Source: an uncultured Chloroflexia bacterium
GTDB taxonomy: Bacteria > Chloroflexota > UBA6077 > JACCZL01
Reading direction: 5' to 3'
NCBI GenBank assembly: GCA_963765765.1
Contig: CAVXYC010000017.1
Span: forward strand, 1 to 64,000
DNA: 64,000 bases
The notes under the pieces were generated by a model that did no database searches, was not told where the DNA came from, and saw only the letters and a list, made by a program, of their open reading frames with translations. Shown here piece by piece: positions 61,761 to 64,000 of the stretch. Every line of letters begins with the position of its first letter. Position 1 is the stretch's first letter. A program made the translations under genes and the position numbers.

Positions 61761-62570
61761 TCAGCTGAGTGACGTCGCGGGCTTGGCCTGACACGCCGCC
61801 TTCATCTCACCGAGATACATCCGAATATTGGGTTCGATTTGTTCCCGCTCAGACTTCTCGATGATGTCCGTCACGGCGCTGGCAACAATTGCCCCATCCG
61901 CCTGATCGCGCAGCCGAGCAATATGCTCGGGGCGCGAAATGCCGAAACCCACTACAAGGGGGTGATGAATATGCGACCGAACCCGTCCGAGAAAATCGCC
62001 CAGGTTGTTGTCCAGTGAGCTTCGCGCGCCCGTCACGCCAAGAAGCGCCACACAGTACACGAATGCGGCATCCACCTGATCAACGGCCTTGAGATGCTCA
62101 TCCGTGCTCGTGGGCGCGACCATGGGAACGTAGCCGAGATCATGACTGGCACACATCGAGCGTAGCTCGGCACTCTCGCTGAGCGGGAGATCCGGGACGA
62201 TAAACGCATCAACGCCGCTAGCGGCCGCGTCTCGTCCGAGCCGATCCAAGCCATACGCAAGTAATGGGTTGACGTAACTCATTAACGCGACGGGCGCCTT
62301 CGGACGGGCAGAGGCCAGGTCTTCAAGCGTTCGTCTGAGAGTTATTCCGCCGTCCAGCGCCTGGGCCCCGGCACTTTGCATTGTGACGCCATCCGCCAAC
62401 GGATCGGAGTAGGGCATACCCACCTCGAGTCCGTCAGCGCCACAGTCGACCATGACATCCAGAGGTCCGTCCAACTGATCGCCATCAGGGAATCCAGCGG
62501 TGAGATAGGGAAATAAACCTAGTGGTTGGCCGGAGCGGAGGTTGCGCATGGTCTGCGTAAATCGATTCAT
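61761..62570 (-). CDS. trpA: Tryptophan synthase alpha chain
   Basis: EVGMPYSDPLADG, IVPDLP, GVTGAR, VGFGIS. Confidence 0.93.
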   Translation of the reverse strand: MNRFTQTMRNLRSGQPLGLFPYLTAGFPDGDQLDGPLDVMVDCGADGLEVGMPYSDPLADGVTMQSAGAQALDGGITLRRTLEDLASARPKAPVALMSYVNPLLAYGLDRLGRDAAASGVDAFIVPDLPLSESAELRSMCASHDLGYVPMVAPTSTDEHLKAVDQVDAAFVYCVALLGVTGARSSLDNNLGDFLGRVRSHIHHPLVVGFGISRPEHIARLRDQADGAIVASAVTDIIEKSEREQIEPNIRMYLGEMKAACQAKPATSLS

Positions 62571-63798
62571 AGGCTGAATTCCGCGCGCTTCGAGCACGCT
62601 CATGACATCCTTGTCGCCGCGTGCCGGAAAGATTAACCAGCACTGTTTGCCCCGCGAGCTCGAGGAGCCTCGCGATGAACCCAGGCGAGCGCGTGCGATG
62701 ATTCAAGGGCTGGCAGGATGCCCTCCGTTCGGGACAGCAGCTCAAAAGTGTCCAGCGCTTCTGCATCGTCCGCCACGGTGTAGATCGCTCACCCAGAATC
62801 CTTGAGATAAGCGTGCTCGGGGCCAACTCCCGGGTAGTCGAGACCAGCGGAGACACTGTGCGTACCGATAACCTGGCCATCGTCGTTCTGCATGACATAG
62901 GAACGAGAGCCGTGGAGCACTCCCGGTGAGCCTGCCGTAAGCGGTGCAGCGTGCTCTCCTGTGCTCACGCCGTGATCCACCGGCTTCAACTCCCACGAGC
63001 TTCACGGACGCGTCATCCACGAAGGGGAAGAACGCGCCGATGGCGTTGCTGCCACCACCCACGCACGCGACGACCGTATCCGGCAATCGGCCAACCTGTG
63101 CAAGCATCTGTTCACGTGCTTCCTCGCCCAATGACCGATTGGAGATCGCGCACGATGGTCGGGTACGGGTGGGGCCCAACGGCCGAGCCCAGAAGGTAGT
63201 ACGTGGTGCGCACATTGGTCACCCAATCACGCATCGCCTCGTTGATGGCGTCCTTGAGTGTGCGAGTTCCCGACGTGACGGTTTCGACCTTCGCGCCCAG
63301 CAAGCGCATTCGGTAGACGTTGAGGGCCTGGCGGCGGACGTCCTCCTCGCCCATGTAGACGATGCACTCCATGCCCAGCATGGCGCACACGGTGGCACTG
63401 GCAACGCCATGCTGGCCAGCGCCGGTCTCGGCAATGATGCGCTGCTTGCCCATGCGCTTTGCGAGCAGCCCCTGGCCCGAGTGCGTTGTTGATTTTGTGT
63501 GCGCCGGTATGAGCGAGATCCTCGCGTTTGAGGTACACCTGCACATCGTGGCCGATAGCTTCGCTGAAGCGCGCCGCGTGATAGACCGGTGTCGGGCGTC
63601 CCACGTACTCGGCTGAGAGTCGGCCAGCTCTTGCTGGAAATCGGTGTCCGCCATGCGTTGGCATACGCAGCGGCGAGCTCGGCCAGGGCCGGCATGAGCA
63701 CTTCCGGGACGAACTGGCCGCCGAACACGCCGAAGTAGCCCTCGCGCACGCGTTCTCGCTCCTGATCGCTGGCTCTGCCCGGAGGTACGCATGCTCAT
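62571..63798 (-). CDS. trpB: Tryptophan synthase beta chain, multiply frameshifted in this assembly
   Basis: [73 protein letters not shown] scattered over frames. Confidence 0.9.
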
Positions 63799-64000
63799 GG
63801 CGTCACTCCGTCCAGCGCACGCACGGTACGCAGAAAATCGCGAATCAATTCAGTGTCCTTTTGTTTGTTGCGCTCCACCCCGGAGCTCACGTCAACGCCC
63901 CATGGCTGAGACAGTGAGATTGCGTCTGGCAACGTTGGTAGGATCGAGTCCGCCTGCCAAAATGGCGTCGCCGAGGTACGGTTTCAGCGTGGCCCAGTCG
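63795..64000 (-). CDS. trpF: Phosphoribosylanthranilate isomerase, 3' part
   Basis: ILAGGL...[12 protein letters not shown]...KD.ELIRDF; its TGA overlaps the trpB ATG (ATGA). Confidence 0.85.

Noticed and set aside
147-63616. Many long antisense or alternate-frame ORFs in the track
   Set aside because: Expected shadows in high-GC coding DNA; they have no motifs and overlap well-supported genes.
62571-63798. trpB as a true pseudogene
   Set aside because: The recognisable motifs are intact and interrupted only by indels, matching the window-wide error pattern.

Overview
GC-rich bacterial chromosomal segment, most consistent with a peptidoglycan-bearing Chloroflexota (short Tsf, RpoD with an internal insertion, alaS-[baseplate-J-like]-ruvX-mltG synteny); the taxonomy is inferred. 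About 1-16.4 kb is accessory: aromatic/heterocycle catabolism paralogues (Rieske oxygenase, His-rich bicupin, 4,5-dihydroxyphthalate-decarboxylase-like protein, asparaginase-like protein, cyclic amidohydrolase), SRAP, a heptamer repeat, argS, two exported GH-A glycosidases and a decayed ISKra4/ISLre2-type transposase. The remainder is core housekeeping: greA-lysS-serS-glyQS-ppdK, dnaG-rpoD, alaS-ruvX-mltG, rpsB-tsf-pyrH-frr-uppS-cdsA-dxr-rseP, nusA-infB-rbfA-truB-ribF, an EF-G paralogue, yebC, galU, thiE, hppA, rplS-rnhB-yraN-rluB-cmk-plsC, scpA and trpFBA. Many genes, including essential ones (alaS, rpsB, nusA), carry single-base indels, which points to an unpolished long-read assembly, so every frame-dependent oddity is provisional. 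No tRNA, rRNA or CRISPR array was seen. I found no unambiguous new multi-gene system. The best leads are: a catalytically degenerate XerD-like gene overlapping scpA and bracketed by two REP-like palindromes; an orphan membrane-anchored baseplate-J-like gene inside a core operon; a bicupin that has lost metal ligands but gained a His/Asp tract; an asparaginase-like plus amidohydrolase pair with altered catalytic motifs; and leader terminators before both greA and nusA.
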